From: Tubiluchus corallicola
Taxonomy: Eukaryota > Animalia > Priapulida
Assembly (NCBI GenBank): GCA_030141605.1
Contig: JAQGDQ010000760.1
Span: 1 to 64,000, forward strand
DNA: 64,000 nt
Reading direction: 5' to 3'
Shown: positions 12,501 through 23,112 of the stretch, piece by piece
How the letters are laid out: the number at the start of each line of letters is the position of its first letter
Position numbering within the stretch: the stretch's first letter is position 1
Notes under the pieces: model-generated
Database searches by the model: none
Seen by the model: only the letters and a program-made list of their open reading frames with translations
Told to the model about the DNA's origin: nothing
Program-made: the position numbers and the translations under genes

Positions 12501-15500
12501 GAAGAATAAATCATAATTAAGTTGGCAAAACCCAACTCTCATTCTAGTATGGTGTACAGATGAGTTTCGAGTACCACTTGAAAAGTAAGTAGGCTGCTTA
12601 TTAAAACACATGTGATTCTTTAGTCAAGATTTAAAGATGTTTAAAGAGTTAGAGTTACGATTGTCAAGAGGTAAACTATTCCAGCACTTGACTGAGGCAA
12701 GAAAAAAAGAATTATCAAAAGCAGTTGAGTGGCAGGTGTAATTAGAAAAGTTTTCATGATTACGGACTGGATACAATGTAATATCCCTTACACAAGGTAG
12801 TGGGGAGCTAAGTGATTCACGATTTTATAAAAGGCACATAATTGGAAATATTGCTTAGAAAAGGGGTCCAGTCCTGCTTCGAACAAAGATTTGAATGATT
12901 GGAACCTGACATAGCACCGGTACATATGAGCGCAGCACTCAACTGAATATTATCAAGCAGGGATTCAACATTACGACCGAGTCCAGACCATATGATATTA
13001 CCGTATTCCAAAGTGGGTAAAATAATAGTTTTGAACAAGAATTCACAAGTTGAACGCGGCAGTATAGTAGCTAGACCTCGCAAGTTTCCTAGTTTCGGCT
13101 GAACTGTTGCGATGATCTCGTTTACATTGTTGTTGTTCCCATTTCAGATCACATGTAAAATATATCCCCAGGTGCTTATGAGAATTAACATATTTTAAAG
13201 CTATATTACTGAGATAAAGTGGCATATGATGACGTTGCTGGATTTTACGAGAGAAGAGCATTACTTCAGTTCTCTGTTGATTAAAGGTAACACAGCATCT
13301 ATCAGCCCAGAGCTGCAAGGTCTCTAGGTCGGAGTTTAGACGCAATGCAGAATCTACCAGGTCTGTGACTGTATCCATTATGGAAGTATCGTCGGCAAAA
13401 AGACGTGTGTCACACTGTATATTATGAGTAATGTCATTTACATAGACAAGAAACAAAAGAGGGCCCAAAATAGAGCCCTGAGGCACTCCCGCAGCCAGGG
13501 AATCTGAAGAGACACCTTCCATACCTACTTGTTGACTATGACCAGATGAATTAGAAGCTAACCAACGTAGTAAGGGACCACTGATGCCAAGCTGGGATAA
13601 TTTGAATATGAGACCTTTGTGCCAGACCTTGTCAAAAGCTTTACTTACATCGAGAAAAACTGCCCCATATCCAGCGTCTAGATCAGAGTATATTTTGTGG
13701 AAAATGGATACAGGATACCAATTGATTGATTGTTCTATCTCCTGGTTTGAAATCAGAATTACACTCATTCAACAGATTATTGTCAATAACAAGATAATTA
13801 TAAAGTTCTTTATATACAATCCGATTTTAGAAACACAGGAAAGTAGAGAAATTGGTCTATAATTAGTAACCAATTCTCTATCACCGTTTTTGAATACAGG
13901 AATAACATTAGTTGTTTTCCATACTGACGGGAACATTCCATTGTTAAAAGGCATTTTAAATAATAACATTAAAGGCACAGAAAGCGACTGGGAACATTGT
14001 TTCAAAACAATATTACTTATGTGATCAGGCCCTGTTGATTTACAAACTTTTACGCATTTCAAGAAAATGCTAACTATATGCTCAGACAGGTCAACAGTTG
14101 ACAAGATACTATCAGTGACCAAAGAGAAAGGAGGAAGTACAGCATTACCGCAATTTACACTACAGTTATCAGCAAAAAATTTGTTATATATACTACATTT
14201 GAGCTTGGTATCAGCTATAATACAGTTGTTAACTTTACGTGGTGGAATAATAAAGTCATGTTTGTTTTTGTACACTGTAGACAATGTTGTCTAACCAAAT
14301 GCAAACTGACATCAATTTATCGAATCCAGCTGGCACTAATCCCAAAAAGGTCCATCCAGTCATATCTACCCATTATTCAGAGCAGAAAGACAACAAAAGT
14401 GACCAACAAACCTTGCCTGGCGACTTGAGATCCTTCTTTTGAGGTAATGGTCCATTAAACACTTCCCATATCAAGCAACCAAGACCCCACATGTCAGTGG
14501 ACCTGAGAAATTTAAAGAAAAAAAAGCTCAAGAAATGTTTCCATAATCATAAATACTTTAAAGGAAAATAACACTTACTTAATTAATATAAGACCTTAAA
14601 CAAAATGGTCTATGGTCTAAAATATTGTAAACAAATAATGTGTTTAATGGTAACTTACATTAAAGAATTACTACCCTATAAACTTAAATTTACTTGTTTT
14701 CCAAAACTATAAACTTATATATAGTTTATTAACAAATTCAACACTTTATATAACCGCAGAATTCAGCACAATCACAACGTATGAAAGAATTTGTACAGTG
14801 GCAAGCAAGGCACATCATTACATGAAATATAATTTTAGTGCGATATTATGTGTCGTCGTGTTGATAGTGCGATATTACATTCGTGTCGTGAATATTAATA
14901 GAAGTTAAGCATTAATGAAAGATTTTTATTTCAGCAAACTCTATCAAATTCATAAAAACAGTTGACTTATTTATACTGAGTTGTATTGTAAAAGAATGGG
15001 TATCTTGAACATGGTTAGTATATTTAGTTTTGGGACAGTCCAGCGCCTTCACGAAATTGGCATTCTGTTTTCCAGTTTGGTCCTGCTCCATCTGCCAGTT
15101 TCAATTCGTAGGTGGTGGTTTCCTAATCTGAATTTTGAAAGGATCACTTCTGAATGCAAGAAGGCATTGGAGAGCATTATCTATATATTTATTATCGAGA
15201 TAACTTTTTATATTGCTGCTAGTACTAAAATTTCAAAACTCATTACTATCGTAATGTTGAACATATTTATGTGTTCTCTGCTAGCAATGTCTTGAAGTCT
15301 ATAAACATGACTGTCAGGGTTATCACACCAATATTTACCAACCTTTAATAAGTAATTAAGCTCCAGTGACCTAACTTTTCACAAAAATGGTTTGCTATCA
15401 CTTTCAATATAGACTATCTCGTTAATAGTATTCTGATTAGTACCCAAAGGAATTTTTTATGCTTTCCTGTGCAAAGTCTTTGATTTAGTAAGAAGAGCAC

Positions 15501-18500
15501 TGCTGTAACTCCTGAACGAATTCAACATGTCACCTAATCATAGAAATCTGCATTTACACAGGTAAAAATTACACTAAAATTGTACTAATGAGAACAAATT
15601 ACCATTTATGAAAACCATGTATGGCACCTTTGAAGTCTCCTCGTTCAGGTGGTTCATACTTTTCGAGAAGAGGTAATACCTTCAGAGGTGGAACAACACC
15701 TTTTTCTGTAAATTAACGAAACAGCTTAATTTGCTACACAAGTGCCTGTACGTTAAGCTAACATAAACTGTATAAAGGCAAATGTGCGTATTCACGCATT
15801 TTGTCAATTTTATTTCTACAGCTTTTTAATCACTAGGTTGTATTTAACATCGCTGCATCCACAAACAGTATAATATCCACACATATCATCTGTAGCCATT
15901 GCATTTCTTTCCTCCACTGAATGCAAAACACACACATTAACATACCAGCAAACAAACTTCTACAATGTTCAACCTAACTTCAAATATGTTAAACTTTGCA
16001 GTCAGTGTACATTTTCTCATTTTTTATGTTCACAGATATAATTAAGAGCTTACGAGTACAGTTTTAGTATAAGCCAAAGTGAAATATTTTTCAATAAATT
16101 TTACTATTTGAAGATACCATTATGTGTGGAATGTAAATGTGAGAGTAACTGATGTGATTACAATGACTGCATTTGAATTATGTATAGAATTATGAAAAAA
16201 CAATAGGCTATCATCACCCTTAACATGCCCCCGAAACATTACTGAGAAAACAGGTTTTAAGTTCTTTATCTGATAAAACAACAATATTGTTAAATACTTC
16301 TTAAAGTTTCTGAACATCGTCATTCACAATGAAGTTTAAATGTCACCATAATACAACAATGCCTTTACAAAGCTTAAAAATAATCAAGCAAGCAAATTAA
16401 GATTATACAAATTATGTCATTAAAACAAAACCTATTGCATTGATAACAGACAAACAAATTCTTGCATGAAACACAAGTTAAAATGGCATTACTAATAAAA
16501 TGTCTTCACAGTACAAACCTGATGAAGAATACATGTAATCTAAACCCCCTAGCTTCCACTCCCCAGCTCTGTTTACAAATATTGATGACATGCAAATGTT
16601 GTTGTGTACCAGTGATGCATCTCCATTTAAAAAACTCAGAGCTTTCTAGAAACAGCAAAACAAAATACATGAACAATGGTGTACCAAAAATCCAGCTACA
16701 CGTCACTTATATACACCTCTATGCACACTCATAAGCTAGCCTTTCCAAATCTATGAGGCACAGTAGTCTAAACACTGACTGGATTAATTTGACACCACAT
16801 GTTGTTTAGGAGGGTACGGCAATATGAACACTACATAGTGCCAAACACTTTCAATAGATGCGTGATCACAAACTTAGTGTGCTTACTGGCAGAAGTAAAG
16901 CAATGATGGAATTGCCTAATAAATGATAGGTAGACTGCTAGGAAATACCGCCACCAGCTATTTCTCCAGAACAGGGTCCAGTACCCATGTGCAAAGCCTA
17001 CTTAATCCAGATGTTTGTGGCAGGACCGGAACATATCTCTACCAAGGATAATCCTCTAAAATGAGACATTGATCTAACTGCTATTTCTTGTGATCATACA
17101 TGAATGTATACATATCTGTCCTCAGTTAGATAAATAGTCAATGACAGATCAAACTGCCCAAATCCGGTTTCACAGACAGGCACCCGTCCATTTAGAGGCT
17201 ATGTTCAAATTTGCTCAAGTACAAAACATGACAATCATCACCCAGTCATTCCTCTGCCTCATCTTTACACTGCTTTTCCTTACATTACACAAACCCAATA
17301 ACACGAATAGGCCTATGAAGTTTGACCTGCAAAATATTTTATTAATATAAATAAAAGTAAATGTACTTTTCCACTTACTGTAATCTGGTGAATTCCCCAT
17401 GAAACTGACATCTCTTTCTGTTGATGATTGAAAACCGTCTCACGCAAATGCTTCTCTAGGGGAATGACTGGCTCTGTTACCAAATAGATTACCTTGTCAG
17501 TCTAAACAATAAAAACAAACCATTTACAAACCAAAATGATAGCTTTAAAAACAACAAGCCAAAATGTATGAAAATAAGAGATCATGTTAGTCTAATTTAA
17601 AACACAGTTGCAAAAATGCCAAATAATCAGAAGCAAATGGATAAAGCTAGCCTTAGAATATGTTATTTTAAAAGCCCTTTGAATAAACCATGAATGTTAA
17701 ATCTATATATAAAGAACCAGCACTCTTTATGGGGCTTAAAATTCAAACTATCAGTTAAAGTGATCTTTCCATACAGCTTCGATTATGTGTGCAAATAAGT
17801 ATGTAGTGAATAAATCAACTTTAATGCAACAAGACAAGCAATTACAGAAAAAAACAACTGACTACTTACTTCTAGTCCATCTAAATATGTTACAAAATTA
17901 GGATGGCGAAGAATTTTTGATCTTTTAAACGAACTTTTGGCAAGTTCTACAACAGCTTCTTTGTTTTGCTCTTTAGCATTAAATGCAAATATGGACACGA
18001 CATCACCAGTGGCTCCCTGTAAAATAGAAAATCCACACCACAAAATAAACAGACTTGTCTCATTGCAAAAAAATCAATTTGGAGTGTAATATCACATTGC
18101 AAAATAGGAAATTCAAATAAAAGACATCTAAATGTCAGACAAGGTCATCTGTTGGTAATTAAAGAGATGCTAAAACAAGAACCTAATGCTGTAAATGGCT
18201 GTGAGTTACATACCACATACAGATATTAAGTGAGGCAACAAACCAAAACAGGACAAAGGTTTTGAAAAGATTTTGAATGCACAATTATGTCTGATGTATT
18301 TGAATGCACAATTATGTCTGATGTACGCATATTTCCATGTTAAAATTTTTTTGTCCAACTATTGCCCTACAGTGTACTTAAGACACAGGTGTGACTAATT
18401 ACAATGGCTTCTCAATAGTTGCATCATAAAGAAAACATACCTTTTTCTTTCCTTCATATAAATCCCATAGAGATTTGTCTTCTAGGCCAGTAATTTGTTT

Positions 18501-18551
18501 GCCAAAGTCATAGTTAATGTCTTTTGCCGGATCTCTTGTGAAAAGCCACAT
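526..18551 (-). CDS. SCYL1: SCY1-like pseudokinase 1 (N-terminal kinase-like protein, COPI-associated); 3'-partial, continues beyond the window start
   Basis: Exons (high-low): 18551-18441, 18016-17870, 17501-17379, 16645-16519, 15705-15603, 14502-14412, 11240-11085, 9470-9312, 7478-7371, 7162-7049, 6847-6692, 6146-5958, 5259-5184, 4856-4665, 4004-3904, 3029-2922, 2438-2382 (less certain), 2249-2052, 673-526. All introns are GT-AG with consistent phases. Translation [11 protein letters not shown]...[14 protein letters not shown]...[27 protein letters not shown]...[17 protein letters not shown]...[17 protein letters not shown]...[30 protein letters not shown]...[16 protein letters not shown] matches SCYL1: HNN replaces HRD, there is no DFG, and HEAT repeats follow. 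The last visible exon ends in phase 1 without a stop. Confidence 0.96.
1290..1910 (+). mobile_element. Degenerate 3' end of a non-LTR retrotransposon (CR1/L2-like)
   Basis: Decayed peptide [10 protein letters not shown]...INELP resembles a LINE ORF2 C-terminus. It is followed by an AT-rich 3' UTR with a hairpin TACAGTTTG-GCCT...AGGC-TCAAACTGTA (1704-1746) and AATAAA near 1897. Confidence 0.4.
3334..3455. repeat. Perfect 60-bp tandem duplication in a SCYL1 intron
   Basis: AGGTGTACACTGCTATTACAAGTATACATGAAGTTGATTAAATGACACTGTATCACTCAC at 3334-3393 and 3394-3453, identical. Confidence 0.95.
7691..7765 (-). mobile_element. tRNA-derived SINE-like head or tRNA pseudogene
   Basis: Minus strand reads CCTCTGTGCTGAATGGTTAATGTAGATCTCCTGAAAGCAGAAAGTACTGGATTCGAGGCTCAGTGGTGGTCC. 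It has an A-box-like TGCTGAATGG, a B-box-like GGATTCGAGGC in a T-arm-like stem, and a following T-run. The cloverleaf is imperfect. Confidence 0.55.
7777..8650. repeat. Minisatellite, 34-bp unit, about 25 copies, in a SCYL1 intron
   Basis: Consensus ACTCAGAAATTTACCCTATAAGCTGACTTTCTAG in tandem (e.g. ACTCAG at 7926 and 7960), with scattered substitutions. Confidence 0.97.
12017..14290 (-). mobile_element. 5'-truncated, frameshifted CR1-clade non-LTR retrotransposon (RT plus C-terminal Cys/His finger) in SCYL1 intron 6
   Basis: ORF fragments 13769-14284 ([22 protein letters not shown]), 13043-13768 ([48 protein letters not shown]), 12817-13083 and 12204-12611 ([20 protein letters not shown]). 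The 3' UTR has a hairpin at 12089-12111 and ends AATAAATTATGTTTAAACCAAAC. Confidence 0.95.
14950..15400 (-). mobile_element. Degenerate LINE ORF2 C-terminal fragment
   Basis: Minus strand 15144-15064 translates [27 protein letters not shown], the R...H.L.IETGRW motif typical of invertebrate non-LTR ORF2 C-termini. Boundaries are approximate. Confidence 0.6.
18272..18325. repeat. 27-bp tandem duplication
   Basis: TTTGAATGCACAATTATGTCTGATGTA twice in tandem. Confidence 0.9.
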
Positions 18552-20083
18552 TGTGTTTGGAAAACCAAATTGTTTGAAATGAAGCTATGTAGACGACACT
18601 CACTTTTTTCTTATGTCACAAGTAATGAGCTCTGCCACATCCTAACAAAATATTGCAATTATCATGGAATACAGAGATTGGCAGCATGAGCTGCACCCTG
18701 CCTGTACGACCTAGCCTCATAAACTCTTGTCGCTGTCAGAAGTTAATGGGCAAACCAGAAAAACAACATGAAGAATTAGTATGCATGTTTAGTGGCAATT
18801 TGTCAATCATTTCAGAAAATGTGTCACTGTTATGTATTTAGTGAACTGCGAGAAACTGTCAAGCAAATTGATGCAAAATGATGAAATTGAATTTTTTTCA
18901 CTCAAGGATATGTGCGTCACATCAAGACTTCATGCAAAAGATTATTGTTATGCTACAACGAAAATGTGGGGCTAATGAAAAAATGTCAATTCCCATACTA
19001 ACTTGTTGTGAATTTATATGTTCTTAATTATAATGCAATAAAACTACTTTGCAGTGCCTCAGTATAAAATCTGTACGTGATCAGTCTAAAAACTGGTATA
19101 AACAATGTGGGTTTAAACATCGTGTTACCCTAGATAAAGTTTGTAAATTCATGTAACAATTAAGAGTTCTGTCTGGATGTTCAACCTTGCTTAAATTTAA
19201 AAAAGGAAACTAAATTACCTTGACACAGATAAAGTTTTTATTAATGTGAAAGGGTTCAGCTCACGTTGGCTGTCAAGGTATTCGATTCAGTGACAAAGTT
19301 TGTTTAAGTTCTTTTTGGCTTGAAAAAATTTATATTTCTGCAAATCTGACTGTTTCTAACCTTTCCATGCACTATACATCTGCATTACTATTTGTAAGAT
19401 GCGGAGTAAGTGTAACGACCCAGTGCAATAAATTAGTTGACATTCTTGGGTCTGCGTTAGTCTGCTTTATATTTCTTTCAATATGGTCGTGATGAGACTA
19501 AATTTACTTTATTTTTATTCCTATTTACATTGTTTTGAATTATAATGTAACATTTAGCTGTTTTCCTACTACTAGTTTAAGCACAATTAAATTAGGTACC
19601 CGGGATGGGCCTGACCTTCACGTCATCGTTTGAACTTCTGCAAAAACGGGCTTTACTGCATGTTTATCTGCGTGTTTTACCTGCGTGACCATATAGTTGT
19701 CGACCTAGTCTTACTGCTGAATGGTCGAGCAGGAAAGCCAGCATCTAGGCTAACCTGCTATGTTTAACTAGAGTGAAGTTTTCTGGTGAACGTTCACAAT
19801 ATTCTCTTCGTCGGTGGTGAGCAAAGAGTTACAATCCTCGCAGATTCATGGATTAGATACGAGGTAACATTTGCAAGCTGCCAGTGCTTTGTGGGAGAGA
19901 CACGGTTGTTTCTGGTAACATATCCGGCAATGCAGCACTGTCAAACTGTGAACTTGTTCGTTTCGTTTGTAGCTACTTATCACGGGCCTGAAAATAAGCT
20001 GATTGGACATAGAAGCATTGGAACGCTTACAACATAGGCTACATCTACACTGTAACATGCAAACTGCAATATACGCTCCGCTA

Positions 20084-20156
20084 GTCACGTGACCACTCAT
20101 GATGCAAGTAGAGGATTCGGCGTTGAATGCTAGCATGTACAGGGTGGCCCGGAAGT
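20084..20156. promoter_or_regulatory. Candidate SCYL1 promoter motifs: palindromic CLEAR/E-box and ETS site
   Basis: GTCACGTGAC at 20084-20093 and CCGGAAGT at 20149-20156, in a locally CpG-rich stretch (about 19600-20250) upstream of SCYL1. Confidence 0.45.
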
Positions 20157-20667
20157 TAGGGTACTAGGTACCTGTCATAATCAGTCTGTAATATTATCGC
20201 CAGTGCTTAAAACGCGCCCTTAGTTCAGGTGTTTAGATTATGTAGCAAACTTTGACTTTGAGTGTTTGCGTGCTACCCTTTTTTTAATATAGTAGACGTA
20301 GTAATAGTATTTGTAGTATTTGTCATTTTGCTCTGAATATTACTATAGTAAAAACAAGCTTAACTATTTGATTATTGAGTCAATTATTAATAAGATTTAC
20401 TGTTTCATTTTGTCTAATAATTACTGTTAAAACATTTATGCTGTGGTGAGCTGTTTTAAATTCTTGATCACACCACAAACCGTATCATACTGTTCAGTAG
20501 GCCCCCCGTAGACTACTTAGACCCTCATCACTGTCTGAGGTAGGAGGACAGCTGGTTATACATTTAAATATTGATTCAGCTCGGTCCTGGTAGATAACCA
20601 ACTGTAACCGGCGCACTCAGCGCCTACCTCCAACTAGTTAAGTCTGTCCCTTAGTCTAGTACGTAAC

Positions 20668-21370
20668 AGTAAGCCACTAGCCGAAATACGACACTTTGGC
20701 TTAAATGCATGTGCGAAATTTGCGGGAGTGTTGTATATGGGCAGCCCAAGTAGGCACTGGCGATTTCTGTCGATAATCGAGAATTATGAAATAATAAAAC
20801 ATAAAACTAAATTTATCTCAGAAGAAAGTAACTATAATAATGATGGATAGACCTTGACAATTTACAAATGTATTTTTAGAATAATATCATCATTATTATT
20901 AGTTCCCAAATTATCATCAGAACATTAAACTAAGTGAGAAACTATGTAAGGCACATAGCTCGCTAGCTCATTTACTTAGTAGAAAACAATTATTTGTCCA
21001 AAGAGGTAGTGAAACAGATCACATGTCTGTGAAGCGAGACAAAATAAAAAATGATAATATTATACCTTAAGCAAATGTTGGAATCGCCTAAAAAGCAGAC
21101 TTATTTCACTTCAAGATTAATATCAAAGCTAAATTTAATATTTTCCATTCTGCTAGCTCTGAATTTTACTTTATCAGATGTATAATAAATTATTCAACGT
21201 GTATATATGTTTTCATTTATTATTGTTAAATAAACAAGAACAACGGATGCTGCCATTACGGTTAACCACTCAATATGTGACCTGTGACTACTTGGGCACC
21301 CCATGTACGACGCGTCCTACTTGGACTAGCCCATGAACACCAATTGTCCTACATCGGCTAGTGTCCTACT
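20668..21370. mobile_element. Putative non-autonomous DNA transposon with degenerate ~90-bp terminal inverted repeats
   Basis: 20668-20757 (AGTAAGCCACTAGCCGAAATACGACAC...GTATATGGGCAGCCCAAGTAGGCAC) aligns with the reverse complement of 21284-21370 (AGTAGGACACTAGCCGATGTAGGACAA...GTACATGGGGTGCCCAAGTAGTCAC). The interior is AT-rich and non-coding. Confidence 0.6.
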
Positions 21371-22384
21371 CCGCTCCAAACACAGTGTTTCACCATTATA
21401 GTGTCTCAGTTTCACTGCTAAACAAAGTCTATTTGCAGAAATCTTGCATGACTGGAAAAAATAAAAATGATGCTAATAATACATGACTAACTCTCGTGGT
21501 ATATTTCAATACACTTTCCACGTCTGTTTGTGAGTAGCTTTTGTTAAAATACTTCGACATCTGATGAGAACTGGTTGGTGATCGCGAGGTTGACTGACGT
21601 TTGTCGATTTGTGTATTGATATGACAACAAACATGTCTACTCTACATTTGCGAGGTATTGTGAAGCCACAACATGAGAATCAGTTACACGCACAAAAACA
21701 GTGTGAAATAAATAGTTTTGAGTATCGAAGTGTTCACAAAGTGATGCGTTTTGCAAATATTCCAGCAGTTCTGTACAGTTTCATTGGCTATGATGTAGAT
21801 ATACAATTTCCATTTTAACATAGTTGCCCCCATAAATAGATATTTGACACAATTACTCAACATTAAGGGTTTCTCGCCAATACTAATTTTAAAGACTGCA
21901 TAACCTTATGGTGACAATTAATTTCTTATTGACATATACTTGAATTACTTCTTTTAAGTTTTACATTATTTCATAACGAATTATCTCTCACCCAGTTTTC
22001 AATTTTTGATTAAATCTGCACTTAGACGTAAAACATAAGAACTTTTTCGCTGGTTTTCAATAATAATGCGTTATCTTGTGCCCCAAAGAGTAACTTTTAC
22101 AAATTGGTAAAACAAAGTTGAACACATAACAACAATTACCTGTGCGCTGACATGTTTAGGATTAGAGAGACAAAGAAATTTGTGCTTTTGTTCACGACCC
22201 CTGCCCTTATTGCTGGATGGTAACATCGTAATCATGATCTGCAGGTAAAAGATTTTCGTTTTGTAGTGCATTGGTGAGGTACAATGTAAAAAGCACATAT
22301 CTTTAAGTAGGACTGTCATTATGTGTAATTCAGCTAGTTCTAAGACTGATTTTAAATCATCAAAATGTATTCCTCTATCAGCAG

Positions 22385-22734
22385 TAGGGGTGAGCATCGA
22401 ACGTTCGAACTCGATTCGAATCCAATACTATAGATTCGAATACTTCAATCACACGTGTTCTTTATCACTAAAACGATTGAAACATCATGCAATTAGCATA
22501 ATTTAGCTGTGATTTCTGCACACACCTTTAAAGAAATTACTAGTCGTTTTATTGTAGAACAAAACCTAGTGATATGCATGATCTTTGTAAGCCTAATTTT
22601 TACTGGTGGTTCGAAAACTTGTTCGAAAATCTTTCGATCTCAATTCGAATTCGGTTCGAATTCGAAACACTGAAGTTCTGTTCGATTCGAATTCGAAAGT
22701 TGCAAATTCGGTTCGATTCGAATGCTCGCCCCTA
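22385..22734. mobile_element. hAT-superfamily MITE (350 bp) with perfect 8-bp target-site duplication
   Basis: TIRs TAGGGGTGAGCAT...ATGCTCGCCCCTA; ATCAGCAG duplicated at 22377-22384 and 22735-22742; many subterminal TTCGA motifs at both ends. Confidence 0.92.
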
Positions 22735-22946
22735 ATCAGCAGTATCAAAAGCCTTGCTCATATCAAGCAGTAACAGAGTAATTAAAAAAGAACTTGAAGT
22801 CATGGCTTTTTCGGCTAAGATTTTTGCTGAAGTGATTAATTTTGTAGTGTTATTTCCTTCTCTTTAGTCTTTATGCAGTTTGGGCAATTGGTATAGTGGT
22901 AGTCTGTTCAGTCTGTTGCTTAGCGATGGTCGTAGAAATACAATTT

Positions 22947-23112
22947 ACTTCCTCGTATTCTCGCGTGAGTCCGAGATAGCGCGAGAACAGGTGTGAAGTC
23001 AGGAAAAGTTCAGAAGTTTTGTAAATTATCATAATAAATATTCAAATTGTACGCGTTACTGAACTAATTACCTTGTTATTATTTGCTAGAGGTTTTCTCT
23101 TTTAAAGTTGAG
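22947..23112 (+). promoter_or_regulatory. Candidate PAK promoter and non-coding first exon
   Basis: CpG-rich patch with ACTTCC (ETS-like) and inverted TTCTCGCG (22958-22965) / CGCGAGAA (22980-22987), ending at a donor AG|GTTAGT (23112/23113). The PAK ATG exon begins just after an acceptor (tttcag|CATT ATG at 28439), so an upstream UTR exon is expected. Confidence 0.45.

Noticed and set aside
19786-20136. Overlapping 83-aa and 96-aa ORFs
   Set aside because: No recognisable family; better explained as the GC-richer SCYL1 promoter and 5' UTR region.
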